In this document: positions 46,759-55,773 of the stretch, piece by piece | How positions within the stretch are numbered: the stretch's first letter is position 1 | Layout of the letters: every line of letters starts with the position of its first letter | Assembly (NCBI GenBank): GCA_964600005.1 | Contig: CAZRHL010000001.1 | Span: 1 to 60,470, forward strand | Source of the DNA: an uncultured Demequinaceae bacterium | GTDB lineage: Bacteria > Actinomycetota > Actinomycetes > Actinomycetales > Demequinaceae | Reading direction: 5' to 3' | DNA length: 60,470 nucleotides | Position numbers and translations under genes: made by a program | Notes under the pieces: generated by a model | Seen by the model: only the letters and a program-made list of their open reading frames with translations | What the model was told of the DNA's origin: nothing | The model's database searches: none

Positions 46759-47502
46759 ATGTCCGGTCGTGCGCGGTGGGTGACCCAAGCGGCACGAGAC
46801 CTCGCCCAGGTGTGGGTGCCGGTGTGGTGCCCTGGATGCGGGGCTCGTGACACGCGCTGGTGCGACGACTGCGCGGCCCAATGGTGGGACGAGCCATTGC
46901 GCTCTGAGTCAGCGGCAGGTCGGCTCCACGTCGCTGGGCGCGCGACGTTGCCGGTGTGGGCGATTGCTGAGCTCGATGGCTCCGCACACCGCATGATCGC
47001 CGCGTGGAAGGACGGCGGACGCCGTGACCTCGACCGCTTCTTCAGCAGCGCGATGAGGCGCGCCGCTCAGAGCGTGGCATCACAGCTGGCGGGCTTGGGC
47101 GACCTTGCCGTGGTGCCGGTGCCGTCGCGTCGGAGGTCCGTGCGCGCTCGCGGCGCTGACCTGCCGGAGCTGCTCGCGCGAGCCGTTGTCACGGGTCTGA
47201 AAGAGGCAGGCGTGGCAGCCCGTTTAGCGCCCGTTCTCGTCATCGGCTCTGGTGAGCAGCGTGGTGCGAGCGTGCGAGAGCGGAGCCGCAACGCCGCTTC
47301 TCTCACGGTGCCGGAAAGCGTCCAATTAGGGCACTTACGAGGGGCGCAAGGCGTTGTATTGGTTGACGACGTGTTGACCACTGGCGCCACGATGGCGGCC
47401 GCGACGATGGCCCTTGAGGTGAGATTCATCACGGTCTATGCGGGGCTGTGTCTGGCAAGCGCACCGGCGGCTGGCACGCCGAAGAAAGTCACGGTAGCGT
47501 AA
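46759..47502 (+). CDS. comF: ComF/ComFC-family protein (Zn finger + PRTase)
   Basis: CPGC...CDDC, VPVPS, VLVDDVLTTGAT; sits between lpqB and hpf. Start could also be ATG 46753. Confidence 0.9.
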   Translation: MSGRARWVTQAARDLAQVWVPVWCPGCGARDTRWCDDCAAQWWDEPLRSESAAGRLHVAGRATLPVWAIAELDGSAHRMIAAWKDGGRRDLDRFFSSAMRRAAQSVASQLAGLGDLAVVPVPSRRRSVRARGADLPELLARAVVTGLKEAGVAARLAPVLVIGSGEQRGASVRERSRNAASLTVPESVQLGHLRGAQGVVLVDDVLTTGATMAAATMALEVRFITVYAGLCLASAPAAGTPKKVTVA

Positions 47503-47630
47503 AGAAACGACCGCACGGGTCGCACCTTCTGAGCGTAGAGGGGGTGAGGCAAACAGCGCGAAGAGGCGCGGTGAACCACCACCCTGACGTGCCAGTTCAC
47601 GGCACGTCCCCACTCGAAGGAGCAAGTGCC
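47495..47630 (+). promoter_or_regulatory. hpf promoter and structured 5' leader
   Basis: TAGCGT -10 at 47495-47500; hairpins CGACC/GGTCG (47508-47522), CACCTTCT/AGGGGGTG (47523-47546), GACGTGCC/GGCACGTC (47586-47608); AAGGAG SD. Confidence 0.45.
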
Positions 47631-48308
47631 ATGGACATTGTGATTGTCGGACGCCACACCCGAGTGAGCGATGAGATGCGTGAGCGGATCATCGCCAAGC
47701 TTGAGAAGCTCGCAGCCCTGGCCCCGCGCGCAACGCGGGCAGAAGTGCATGTGGTCCATGAGCGCAACCGAAAGATCGTCTCGGAAGCCGAGCGGGTGGA
47801 GATCACCATGTATGGCCGCAATGTCGTCCGCGCCGAAGCGGCTGCGGATGATCGCATGGCGGCGCTTGAGCTTGCTTCGACGCGTATCGCCGATCAACTG
47901 CGGAAGCTGCACGAGCGCAGGGCGAAGCGTCACAAGGGCAAGCCGGGTCTGCACGCCGTCGCCAAGGTCGATGTCGACATGCCCCTTCCCGAGCCCGTGG
48001 CCGAGGCGACGGCACCCGACGAGGAGGCGGCTTCGTCGGTCGTGCCGTGGGAGGGCGCGCCTGACGATGCCGTGCGGGAGATTCCGCTCGACGGCACGCC
48101 CATCATGATTCGGTCGAAGACCCACAAGGCGGCGCCGATGTCGGTAGCCGACGCGATCGATCAGATGGAACTGGTGGGGCACGACTTCTATCTGTTTGTC
48201 GATGTGGACAGCGGCATGCCGAGCGCGGTGTATCGCCGCCGGGGTTGGACGTACGGCGTCATTCACCTGGAGCAGACCGAGAGCGAACAGGAGCGCGAGA
48301 CCGCATAA
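47631..48308 (+). CDS. hpf: Ribosome hibernation promoting factor (long HPF/RaiA)
   Basis: MDIVIVGRH, RVEIT, VRAEA, PMSVADAIDQMELVGHDFYLF, VYRRRGWTYGVI. Confidence 0.95.
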   Translation: MDIVIVGRHTRVSDEMRERIIAKLEKLAALAPRATRAEVHVVHERNRKIVSEAERVEITMYGRNVVRAEAAADDRMAALELASTRIADQLRKLHERRAKRHKGKPGLHAVAKVDVDMPLPEPVAEATAPDEEAASSVVPWEGAPDDAVREIPLDGTPIMIRSKTHKAAPMSVADAIDQMELVGHDFYLFVDVDSGMPSAVYRRRGWTYGVIHLEQTESEQERETA

Positions 48309-48446
48309 CGCACGCTGTCGCGCACTGGCCGTCGTGGATATTCCGCGGCGGCCTTTGCGTTGCGCCGACAGCGAGACGAATTCAGGGCCCATCACGGAAC
48401 GCCTAGGATGGTGGGCGGCCCCACGCAGGAAGGCGGGACAAGCATC

Positions 48447-51281
48447 GTGGCAGTCATCGAACGACTTATTCGCATGGGTGAGGGACGCCATATGCGGCGC
48501 CTTCAGAGGGTGGTCACCCTCACGAATGCGCTCGAAGAGGTGTACCAGGACTTCTCCGATGACGATCTGCGCGGGCTGACCGCAGACTTCCGTGAACGAT
48601 ACGAAAACGGCGAGAGCCTCGACGATCTCATGCCCGAAGCCTTCGCCGCGGTGCGGGAGGCCTCCAAGCGCACGCTCGGCATGCGTCACTTCGATGTTCA
48701 GATCATGGGTGGGGCGGCGCTTCACGGCGGAAACATCGCAGAGATGAAGACCGGTGAAGGCAAGACCCTTGTCGCGACCCTTCCCGCCTACCTCAATGCG
48801 ATCACCGGCAAGGGCGTCCACGTCGTCACGGTGAACGACTACCTCGCGAGCTACCAGTCCGAGCTGATGGGCCGCATCTTCCGCTTCCTTGGCATGGAGA
48901 CCGGCTGTGTTGTCGCCGGACAGGACCCGGCTACCCGCCGCCGCCAGTACTTGGCCGACATCACGTACGGCACGAACAATGAGTTCGGCTTCGATCACCT
49001 GCGCGACAACATGGCTCTTGACCCGTCGCAGCTCGTCCACCGTGGCTACCACTATGCGATCGTCGATGAGGTCGACTCGATCCTCATCGATGAGGCGCGC
49101 ACCCCGCTCATCATCTCCGGTCCTGCCAGCGGCGACAACGGCAAGTGGTACGTCGAGTTCGCGCGGCTCGTGGCACAGATGGAGATCGACGTCGACTACG
49201 AGGTCGAAGAGAAGAAGCGCGCTGTCGGTGTGCTTGAGCCTGGCATTGACAAGGTCGAGAAGGCGCTCGGCATCGACAACCTGTACGACCCGGCGAACAC
49301 GCCGCTCATCGGGTTCCTCAACAACGCCATCAAGGCCAAGGAGCTGTTCCGCCGCGACCGGGAGTATGTGGTCCAGCAAGGTGAAGTCCACATCGTCGAT
49401 GAGCACACCGGGCGCCTCTTGAGCGGCCGACGCTACTCCGAGGGCCTCCACCAGGCGATCGAGGCGAAGGAAGGCGTGGCGATCAAGGCGGAGAACCAGA
49501 CCTACGCCTCGATCACTCTCCAGAACTACTTCCGCCAGTACGAGAAGCTCGCCGGCATGACCGGTACCGCTCAGACCGAGGCGGCTGAGCTTTACAGCAC
49601 GTATGGCATGAACGTGCTGCCGATCCCCACGAACCTGCCGATGATCCGCATCGACCAGCCGGACCTGCTGTTCAAGACGGAGCGGGCGAAGTACGCGGCA
49701 ATCATCGAGGACATCCTTGAACGCCATGCGAATGGCCAGCCGATCCTCATCGGAACTGTGTCGGTTGAGAAGTCCGAGGCGCTGAGCAAGGAACTGAAGA
49801 AGCACGGCATCGAGCACGCGGTGCTCAACGCGAAGCACCACGAGCAGGAAGCGTCGGTGATCGCGGAGGCCGGCCGTAAGGGCGCGGTCACCGTCGCGAC
49901 GAACATGGCAGGCCGCGGTACCGACATCATGCTCGGTGGCAACCCGGAGTTCCGGGCGGTCCAGGAGATGCACCGTCGCGGCATTGATCCGCAAGAAAGC
50001 CCCGACGAGTACGAGCGCGTATGGGTGGAGGTGCTGGCGGAGGCCAAGGAGGCCGTTGCTCGCGAGCACGAGGAAGTCCTCGCCGCTGGCGGTCTTTATG
50101 TGCTTGGCACCGAGCGCCACGAGTCGCGTCGTATCGACAACCAGTTGCGCGGTCGTTCCGGACGTCAGGGAGACCCGGGCGAGTCCCGCTTCTACTTGTC
50201 GCTTGAAGACGACTTGATGCGGATGTTCCAGTCGGGCCTCGCGGCCACGATGATGAACTCGTCGGCGCTGCCCGACGATCTCCCGATCGAATCGAAGATG
50301 CTCACGCGCGGTGTCCGCAGCGCGCAGGCGCAGATCGAGGGCCGCAACGCCGAGATCCGCAAGAACATCCTCAAGTACGACGATGTCGCGTCCAAGCAGC
50401 GCACGATCATCTACGGTGAACGTCGCCGCATCCTTGACGGCGAGAACCTGCGCGACCAGGTGCGTGGCTTTATCGACGACGTCGTTGGCAACGCGGTGCG
50501 CGCCGTGACCCTTGTCGGCGCTCCCGATGAATGGGACCTCGATGCGCTGTGGCGTGACCTGCGGACCATCTATCCGGTCTCTCTCACCATCGACGAGGTG
50601 CTCGAGGAGGCTGGCGGTCTGCGCGACCTGACGCCCGCCTTCATGGAGCGTGAGCTGACCGCCGATGCTCGTGTCGCTTACGAGGCGGTCGAAGATCGTA
50701 TCGGGCCGGACCTCATGCGTCAGGTGGAGCGCCAGGTGCTCCTCCAAGTGATCGACATGAAGTGGCGCGAGCACCTCTACGAGATGGACTACCTCAAGGA
50801 GGGAATCGGACTGCGGGCCATGGGCCAGCGCGATCCCCTCATCGAGTACCAACGTGAAGCCCACCAGATGTTTGAGGCGATGGCCGACGCGGTGAAGGAG
50901 CAGGCGCTGCAGGTCCTCTACCGTGTGGAGAAGCGTGAGCAGGCCCCTCAACAGGACTCGGCACTTGACGCCGATGCGGCCGCGAAGACGGCGAAGTCAG
51001 CTCCTGGCGTGACGGCCCGCCGCGCTGCGGGCCCCACGACGGCTACCGGCGGTGGTGCGGTCCAGGCCCAGATGGGTGCCCTGACCTACTCGGGTCCGTC
51101 AAAGGACGGCAGCGGCAAGGCCGCGGTGTCGAAGGGCGGCGCGAAGGGCAAGGCGGCGAGCGGAGCGGCAACCAAGGCATCGGCCGACGGCGGCACCTTC
51201 CCCGGCACTCCCAAGAACGCGCAGTGCCCGTGTGGCTCCGGCAAGAAGTACAAGCTCTGCCACGGCAAGAACGAGGCGTAG
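48447..51281 (+). CDS. secA: Preprotein translocase ATPase SecA
   Basis: [65 protein letters not shown]. Start GTG 48447. Confidence 0.98.
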   Translation: MAVIERLIRMGEGRHMRRLQRVVTLTNALEEVYQDFSDDDLRGLTADFRERYENGESLDDLMPEAFAAVREASKRTLGMRHFDVQIMGGAALHGGNIAEMKTGEGKTLVATLPAYLNAITGKGVHVVTVNDYLASYQSELMGRIFRFLGMETGCVVAGQDPATRRRQYLADITYGTNNEFGFDHLRDNMALDPSQLVHRGYHYAIVDEVDSILIDEARTPLIISGPASGDNGKWYVEFARLVAQMEIDVDYEVEEKKRAVGVLEPGIDKVEKALGIDNLYDPANTPLIGFLNNAIKAKELFRRDREYVVQQGEVHIVDEHTGRLLSGRRYSEGLHQAIEAKEGVAIKAENQTYASITLQNYFRQYEKLAGMTGTAQTEAAELYSTYGMNVLPIPTNLPMIRIDQPDLLFKTERAKYAAIIEDILERHANGQPILIGTVSVEKSEALSKELKKHGIEHAVLNAKHHEQEASVIAEAGRKGAVTVATNMAGRGTDIMLGGNPEFRAVQEMHRRGIDPQESPDEYERVWVEVLAEAKEAVAREHEEVLAAGGLYVLGTERHESRRIDNQLRGRSGRQGDPGESRFYLSLEDDLMRMFQSGLAATMMNSSALPDDLPIESKMLTRGVRSAQAQIEGRNAEIRKNILKYDDVASKQRTIIYGERRRILDGENLRDQVRGFIDDVVGNAVRAVTLVGAPDEWDLDALWRDLRTIYPVSLTIDEVLEEAGGLRDLTPAFMERELTADARVAYEAVEDRIGPDLMRQVERQVLLQVIDMKWREHLYEMDYLKEGIGLRAMGQRDPLIEYQREAHQMFEAMADAVKEQALQVLYRVEKREQAPQQDSALDADAAAKTAKSAPGVTARRAAGPTTATGGGAVQAQMGALTYSGPSKDGSGKAAVSKGGAKGKAASGAATKASADGGTFPGTPKNAQCPCGSGKKYKLCHGKNEA

Positions 51282-51288
51282 CGGCGAG

Positions 51289-51747
51289 TCAGCCCACGTC
51301 CATCACGGTGATCAGCCATCGGTTGGAGACTGCTTCGAGCCGGATCGCAATCGCGTGGGCGAGGTCTCCCTCGGTGGCGACGACCGATGCCTCTACGGCG
51401 TCGGGGCTGACGCGGCACAGGCGCACACGCTGGATGTGCACGGAACCTTTTGCGGTGTAGCCGGACCTGCGGGACAGTGAGTGCTGTATCAGGAGGCGCG
51501 AGCGAACCTCGGGGGATATCCACCGCACGAGCTGGTTGATCCCGTCTGCCCCGAGCACCACCTCAAGGGCTATCCGTGCCACGGTGCACACGAGCGGCGT
51601 GGGGTCCCCGAGCTCTTTGCGAGTCCGGTTCGGAAAAGGCGTGTATGCCGGAGGTGTTGTGACCGCTCTGCGCGGCGTATCCCGGGGGACGGTGACCGGC
51701 GCGGCAAGTGCTGGAGCGGGCGCGAAGGCGTGCGCCGCCGCGCTCAT
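51289..51747 (-). CDS. Rv3235-family protein
   Basis: LEVVLG....QL.RW, VEASVV....RLE....RW; conserved convergent with secA. Confidence 0.8.
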   Translation of the reverse strand: MSAAAHAFAPAPALAAPVTVPRDTPRRAVTTPPAYTPFPNRTRKELGDPTPLVCTVARIALEVVLGADGINQLVRWISPEVRSRLLIQHSLSRRSGYTAKGSVHIQRVRLCRVSPDAVEASVVATEGDLAHAIAIRLEAVSNRWLITVMDVG

Positions 51748-52460
51748 CGTGCGAGCTCCGCTGGGATGTGCAGTTCAGTTCCTGTGAAGATCAGCGAGGG
51801 ATTGTCGCCGATCTCGGCGCGATTCGCCTCGTACAGCAGCGGCCACGCGGCTTGGATCTGGGCAGGTGTCGCGTCGTCTCCGAGCAGTCCCGAGGCGATG
51901 CCCCACAGCGAGTCGCCGGGCTGAACCACGTAGGCGCCGTCAGCGGTGCTTTGAGGCTCCACGGGCTCAGCCTCGGGCTCCGGCAGGGGTTCCTCTTCAG
52001 ATACCGCAGCAACGCCCCAATCGAGCCGGATGTCCACCGGGTTGGGCTCTTCAGCGGTGTGCTCGGCGGTGGCAGGAGCGTCGGCCCAGCCCAACCCCGG
52101 CGGAATCTGGCTTGACGCCATCGCAGGCACGGCGACGCCCGAGCTGAGGCCGATGCCGAGAGCGACGGCGGTGACCTTTTGCCACGCCACAGGCGCAATG
52201 GCTCGCGCGTGAACAGGAATCGCCCGGCCTTGTCGCAGCGCGGCGGCGGCGACCATCACGAGGGCGCTCACGGTGAGATAGCTCGCCACGGCAGCTCCCA
52301 GTGCCGCGGCGGCCAGTGCGAGGGCATCGTCGACGTCCCACACCTCCTGCCAGTTCCGCCATTGCCACAGCGCCGCATTCGCCAAGGCATACGCCCCGCA
52401 CGGCATCGCCACCAACAACACCCATGCACCGATCCGCTCTAGTGCGTTGCCCACCCTCAT
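51744..52460 (-). CDS. Membrane-anchored LysM peptidoglycan-binding protein
   Basis: 2-3 N-terminal TM segments, Pro/Glu linker, YVVQPGDSLWGIA...WPLLYEANR..IG.NP.LI..G..L.IP. Confidence 0.9.
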   Translation of the reverse strand: MRVGNALERIGAWVLLVAMPCGAYALANAALWQWRNWQEVWDVDDALALAAAALGAAVASYLTVSALVMVAAAALRQGRAIPVHARAIAPVAWQKVTAVALGIGLSSGVAVPAMASSQIPPGLGWADAPATAEHTAEEPNPVDIRLDWGVAAVSEEEPLPEPEAEPVEPQSTADGAYVVQPGDSLWGIASGLLGDDATPAQIQAAWPLLYEANRAEIGDNPSLIFTGTELHIPAELAR

Positions 52461-52470
52461 TGTCGACCTT

Positions 52471-52515
52471 TCGTGTGATTTCATGCCGTTTGATGATGTT
52501 TGCTGACGCTAGATG
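52471..52515. repeat. Imperfect 10-bp-period direct repeats in the LysM promoter/leader
   Basis: tcgtgtgatt|tcatgccgtt|tgatgatgtt|tgctgacgct|agatg; locally AT-rich. Confidence 0.55.
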
Positions 52516-52584
52516 TACACGAGCGAGCATCGCCTGTCCAGCGGAGTGAGCGCATTGTGGACGTGCCGCCGCTACGGTGGGCCC

Positions 52585-53100
52585 ATGCGTTGGGACCTAC
52601 TGTTCGCCGATCTCGAGGCGCGCGCAGATGCGAATGAGTCCGCTCAGTTCGATGCCGAGGTGCGTGATCTCACGCGTGCGGAGCGTGCGTCTGTCTCGCT
52701 CGCCGCTCGGCTCGTGCAGGCGAAGGGGAGCGCCGTCACCGTGACGACGCGCGATGGCGTCTCGACAGCGGGCGTGATGGTCGACGCCGCCGCTGGTTGG
52801 CTGTTGCTCGGCGATTCCGGGCCGCAGACGCTCGTGCCGCTTCACGCGGTGACGGTGGTGGCTGGGCTTGGCACGCGGGCGGCGGAGCTCACAGAGGTGG
52901 AACGACGCCTGGGCTTGGGCCACGCGTTGCGCGCACTCGCGCGCGACCGGGCACGCGTGGTCGCCTCAACACTCTCGGGGGATGTGACGGGGATCATCGG
53001 CGCGGTGGGCGCCGACTTCATCGAGCTGTCAACCGGCGTCGGCGCCTCGGTGCTTATCGCGACCGACGCTGTGACGAGGGTGCGTTCGGCCGCGTTGTAG
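52585..53100 (+). CDS. Conserved hypothetical protein with two Sm/LSm-like repeats
   Basis: MRWDLLFADLE N-terminal helix, then two helix + V.V.T..G...G....G..(W/F)..L...V.I...AV..V units; TACGGT-N6-ATG. Confidence 0.75.
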   Translation: MRWDLLFADLEARADANESAQFDAEVRDLTRAERASVSLAARLVQAKGSAVTVTTRDGVSTAGVMVDAAAGWLLLGDSGPQTLVPLHAVTVVAGLGTRAAELTEVERRLGLGHALRALARDRARVVASTLSGDVTGIIGAVGADFIELSTGVGASVLIATDAVTRVRSAAL

Positions 53101-53144
53101 CGAGAGCGTCGGCCGGGCGATTGTGCGCCGCAGGGCGCACGCGC

Positions 53145-53357
53145 TCAGTCGGCTTCGGTGGTGGAGATCCGCTGCCGGGTGGCCTCGTACTGACGGGCGA
53201 TGTAGTTCTCGAGTTCTGTTGCCTCAACACGCCATTGGCCACGCCCGCCCACCTGAATAGCAGGCAAATCACCGGATCGCACCAAGGCATACGCCTGCGG
53301 CGACGAGATGTTCAGCACCTCTTGAACGTCGGCGAGGGTGAGGAAGCGCTTGTCCAT
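53145..53357 (-). CDS. Excisionase/BldC-like (HTH_17, MerR-type) DNA-binding protein
   Basis: RFLTLADVQEVLNIS...AYALVRSGDLPAIQVGGRGQWRV; GACAAT-N6-ATG. Confidence 0.88.
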   Translation of the reverse strand: MDKRFLTLADVQEVLNISSPQAYALVRSGDLPAIQVGGRGQWRVEATELENYIARQYEATRQRISTTEAD

Positions 53358-53393
53358 GCCTGCATTGTCGCACTGCCACGTGCTCGGAGGGCG

Positions 53394-53402
53394 TTGTCCA
53401 CA
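53394..53402 (+). promoter_or_regulatory. TTGTCCACA (perfect actinobacterial DnaA-box consensus) in the HTH/SAF divergent region
   Basis: Exact sequence TTGTCCACAG; related gtccat (53352) and tgccac (53374) precede it at a 22-bp period. Confidence 0.45.
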
Positions 53403-53462
53403 GTCCGAGTGGCGCACTTGCGTCGTCTACGGCACGATTGGCGCGTCAGGAGGGGGCTCTAG

Positions 53463-54086
53463 ATGAACGACGCGCCGTTGGCAGGCCGCTTGCGCAGGCC
53501 TGGTTGGAAAGATCCGCGGCTTCTCATTGGACTGTTTCTCATCGCCGCATCCGTTGCGGGGGTGAGCGCGATGGTGCGCAGTGCGGACGTGACAACGCCG
53601 TACTACGCGGCCAAGGGCACGCTCACCCCGGGCACCGTCATCACCGAGGCCGATGTGATGGTCGTCGACGCTCGGCTCAGCGGCGGCGACTATGTGAAGC
53701 CGGGCGACGCCCCCTGGGGCCAGGTGGTGACGCGGACGGTGGGCGATGGCGAGATGCTTCCCGAGTCAGCGCTGGCTGATGCCGATGACTTCTCGTCGCG
53801 AACCGTCGCTGTCCAGACGACGCTGCCACTGGCGTCTGGGGTGAAGGAGGGATCTGTCGTCGATGTCTTCCTCACCCGAGAGGGCCCGGGCGGCGACCCA
53901 CAGACGCGCAAGGTGGGTGCGGACCTCGTTGTCGAGTCAGTTGAGCGCTCTGGCAGCAGCTTCTCGTCATCGACCGTCGAGACCGTGTATGTCGTCGTGC
54001 CGCGGGGCGAGATCGAGACGCTTCTCGACGCGCTCGCAAGCCGCGGCGACGTCTCTGTTGTCGGTATCGCGGGGAGCGGCGGGTGA
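53463..54086 (+). CDS. SAF-domain protein (CpaB/RcpC/FlgA-like)
   Basis: RLRRPGWKDPRLLIG, one TM, AAKGTLTPGTVIT..D, R.VG.GE.LP, GSVVDV. Confidence 0.8.
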   Translation: MNDAPLAGRLRRPGWKDPRLLIGLFLIAASVAGVSAMVRSADVTTPYYAAKGTLTPGTVITEADVMVVDARLSGGDYVKPGDAPWGQVVTRTVGDGEMLPESALADADDFSSRTVAVQTTLPLASGVKEGSVVDVFLTREGPGGDPQTRKVGADLVVESVERSGSSFSSSTVETVYVVVPRGEIETLLDALASRGDVSVVGIAGSGG

Positions 54087-55345
54087 GCATCTCGGTGCTG
54101 ATCGCCGTCCGGGGTCCCCGGGAGGCGACTGTGGCGGCTGCCGTCGGCGCCGCGCCCGATCTTCGAGTCGCACGACGCTGCGCAGACCTAGGCGAGGCAC
54201 TCGCGGCGGCACACGCCGGCGTCGGCGCCGCTGTTGTCGTGTCCGAGCAGCCACAGCTTCACCGGGGTGTGGTGGCCGAGTTCATGGCAGCTGGCGTTGC
54301 CGTCATCGGTTCGCCTGGCACGCATGCCGCGACCGATCATCTGCGCTCAATCGGCATTGACGAGATTGTTGCTCCCGATGCCTCGGCAGAGGACGTCGCC
54401 GGGGCGATCGCGCGCGCTGTGCGGCAAGCACCTGATGTGGAGCACGCGGCTGAGGGTGTGGCCGAGCAGGTGCCTGTGGCGCTGCAGCGGGGCAGCATCG
54501 TCGCGGTGTGGGGCCCCACCGGTGCTCCTGGCCGCACCACAGTTGCGGTCTCTCTCGCCTACGAGTTTGCCCGCGCCGGTGGTGCGGTGCTCGTCGATGC
54601 GGACACCTACGGGGGTGCGGTAGCACAGGCGCTTGGCATGCTTGATGAGGCACCAGGGATTGCGGCGCTCGCACGCGCGTCCTTGCACGGCACGCTCGGA
54701 GACGACACTGTCCGCAGGCACGCGCTTGAAGCCGCCCCGGGGCTGCGGGTGCTGTCAGGCATTACGCGCGCCGAACGCTGGCCGGAGCTGTCGGCCGCCG
54801 CTCTCGAACCCGTATGGGAGCTGCTCCGGGCTCATTCACCGGTCACGGTGGTGGACTGCGGCTTCTCTGTCGAACGCGACGAGGAACTCCAGTACGACAC
54901 TCGTGCGCCGCAAAGGAACGGGGCGACGCTGTCGGCGCTTGCCGCAGCGGACGTCGTGGTCGTTGTGGGCAGCGCGGAGCCGCTCGGCGTGCAGCGGCTC
55001 GTCCATGGGCTGTCCGAGCTCGACTCGGTCGCTCCTGAGGATGTGACGCCTCGAGTGGTGGTGGTGAACCGAGTTCGTGCGGCGGTGGCGGGCGACCAGC
55101 CACGCCAGGCGATCGCGGATGCACTCAAGCGTTTTGCCGGGGTGGACACGGTATTGACCATCGCGTGGGATCCTCGCGCGTGTGATGCCGCGACGCTCTC
55201 AGGGCAGGCGCTCGGTGAGCGCGCGCCGCGCTCGGCCGCACGCAAGTCGATGCAGGCGATCGGGCGTGAGGTGCGTCGCGTTTGTGCCGCTCGCTCGCGA
55301 GTTGACGTGCCAGCCCCGGCTGCCGGGGCCACACTGGGGGTATGA
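54083..55345 (+). CDS. CpaE/TadZ/MinD-like ATPase with N-terminal pseudo-receiver domain
   Basis: Deviant Walker A WGPTGAPGRTT, LVDADTYGG, VVDCGF, VVVNR; GTGA-coupled to the SAF gene. Confidence 0.82.
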   Translation: MSISVLIAVRGPREATVAAAVGAAPDLRVARRCADLGEALAAAHAGVGAAVVVSEQPQLHRGVVAEFMAAGVAVIGSPGTHAATDHLRSIGIDEIVAPDASAEDVAGAIARAVRQAPDVEHAAEGVAEQVPVALQRGSIVAVWGPTGAPGRTTVAVSLAYEFARAGGAVLVDADTYGGAVAQALGMLDEAPGIAALARASLHGTLGDDTVRRHALEAAPGLRVLSGITRAERWPELSAAALEPVWELLRAHSPVTVVDCGFSVERDEELQYDTRAPQRNGATLSALAAADVVVVVGSAEPLGVQRLVHGLSELDSVAPEDVTPRVVVVNRVRAAVAGDQPRQAIADALKRFAGVDTVLTIAWDPRACDAATLSGQALGERAPRSAARKSMQAIGREVRRVCAARSRVDVPAPAAGATLGV

Positions 55346-55773
55346 GGGTCTATATCCCAGCCATCGTTGACGACCTCGCGGTCCACGCATCGGGCAAGTG
55401 GGAGCCGCAAGGCGGGTTCTCGGTGACCGACGCCCTTCGCGACAGTGAACCCGACATGGACGACGAGGAGCTGGTCGAGTACGCGATCGATCTCGCCGCG
55501 ATGTCGTCCGCGCTTGAGCACGGATCGCGCTTGCGTGCGGTGATCGCCGCCGATGTCTCGCGTGCCGATGTCACGCCAGGACCGGGGGAGCATCCAGCTG
55601 AGGTGGAGATCAGCGGGCGCTTGGACCCTGCGTCAATCGCGTGCGTGTTCCTCGACGAGGACGATGCCGAAGCCGATGTCGCCGCCGCCCGTGGAGGCAA
55701 TGAGGAGGCGCAGGAGCGTCTGGCTGAAAGGTCGCTGCTGTGGTACGACCTGCGCGAGGTTGTTGAGGTCTAG
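55342..55773 (+). CDS. DUF6912-family protein
   Basis: MRVYIPA, VT.ALR, DEELVEYA...AA..S, RAVIAAD, LLWYD..E. Confidence 0.75.
   Translation: MRVYIPAIVDDLAVHASGKWEPQGGFSVTDALRDSEPDMDDEELVEYAIDLAAMSSALEHGSRLRAVIAADVSRADVTPGPGEHPAEVEISGRLDPASIACVFLDEDDAEADVAAARGGNEEAQERLAERSLLWYDLREVVEV

Noticed and set aside
45326-46987. 553-aa minus-strand ORF and similar long ORFs (57914..59197, 59194..60339)
   Set aside because: Antisense to lpqB, rsgA and aroA; low-complexity composition without motifs.
47436-50951. 1171-aa minus-strand ORF
   Set aside because: Antisense shadow of hpf-secA caused by high-GC codon bias; no recognisable motifs.
53145-53357. Prophage/ICE implied by an excisionase-like gene
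   Set aside because: No integrase, att repeats or phage genes nearby; it sits in a core-like chromosomal module.
53394-53402. Replication origin implied by a DnaA box
   Set aside because: Single box, no dnaA/dnaN and no AT-rich unwinding element; treated as a regulatory site only.
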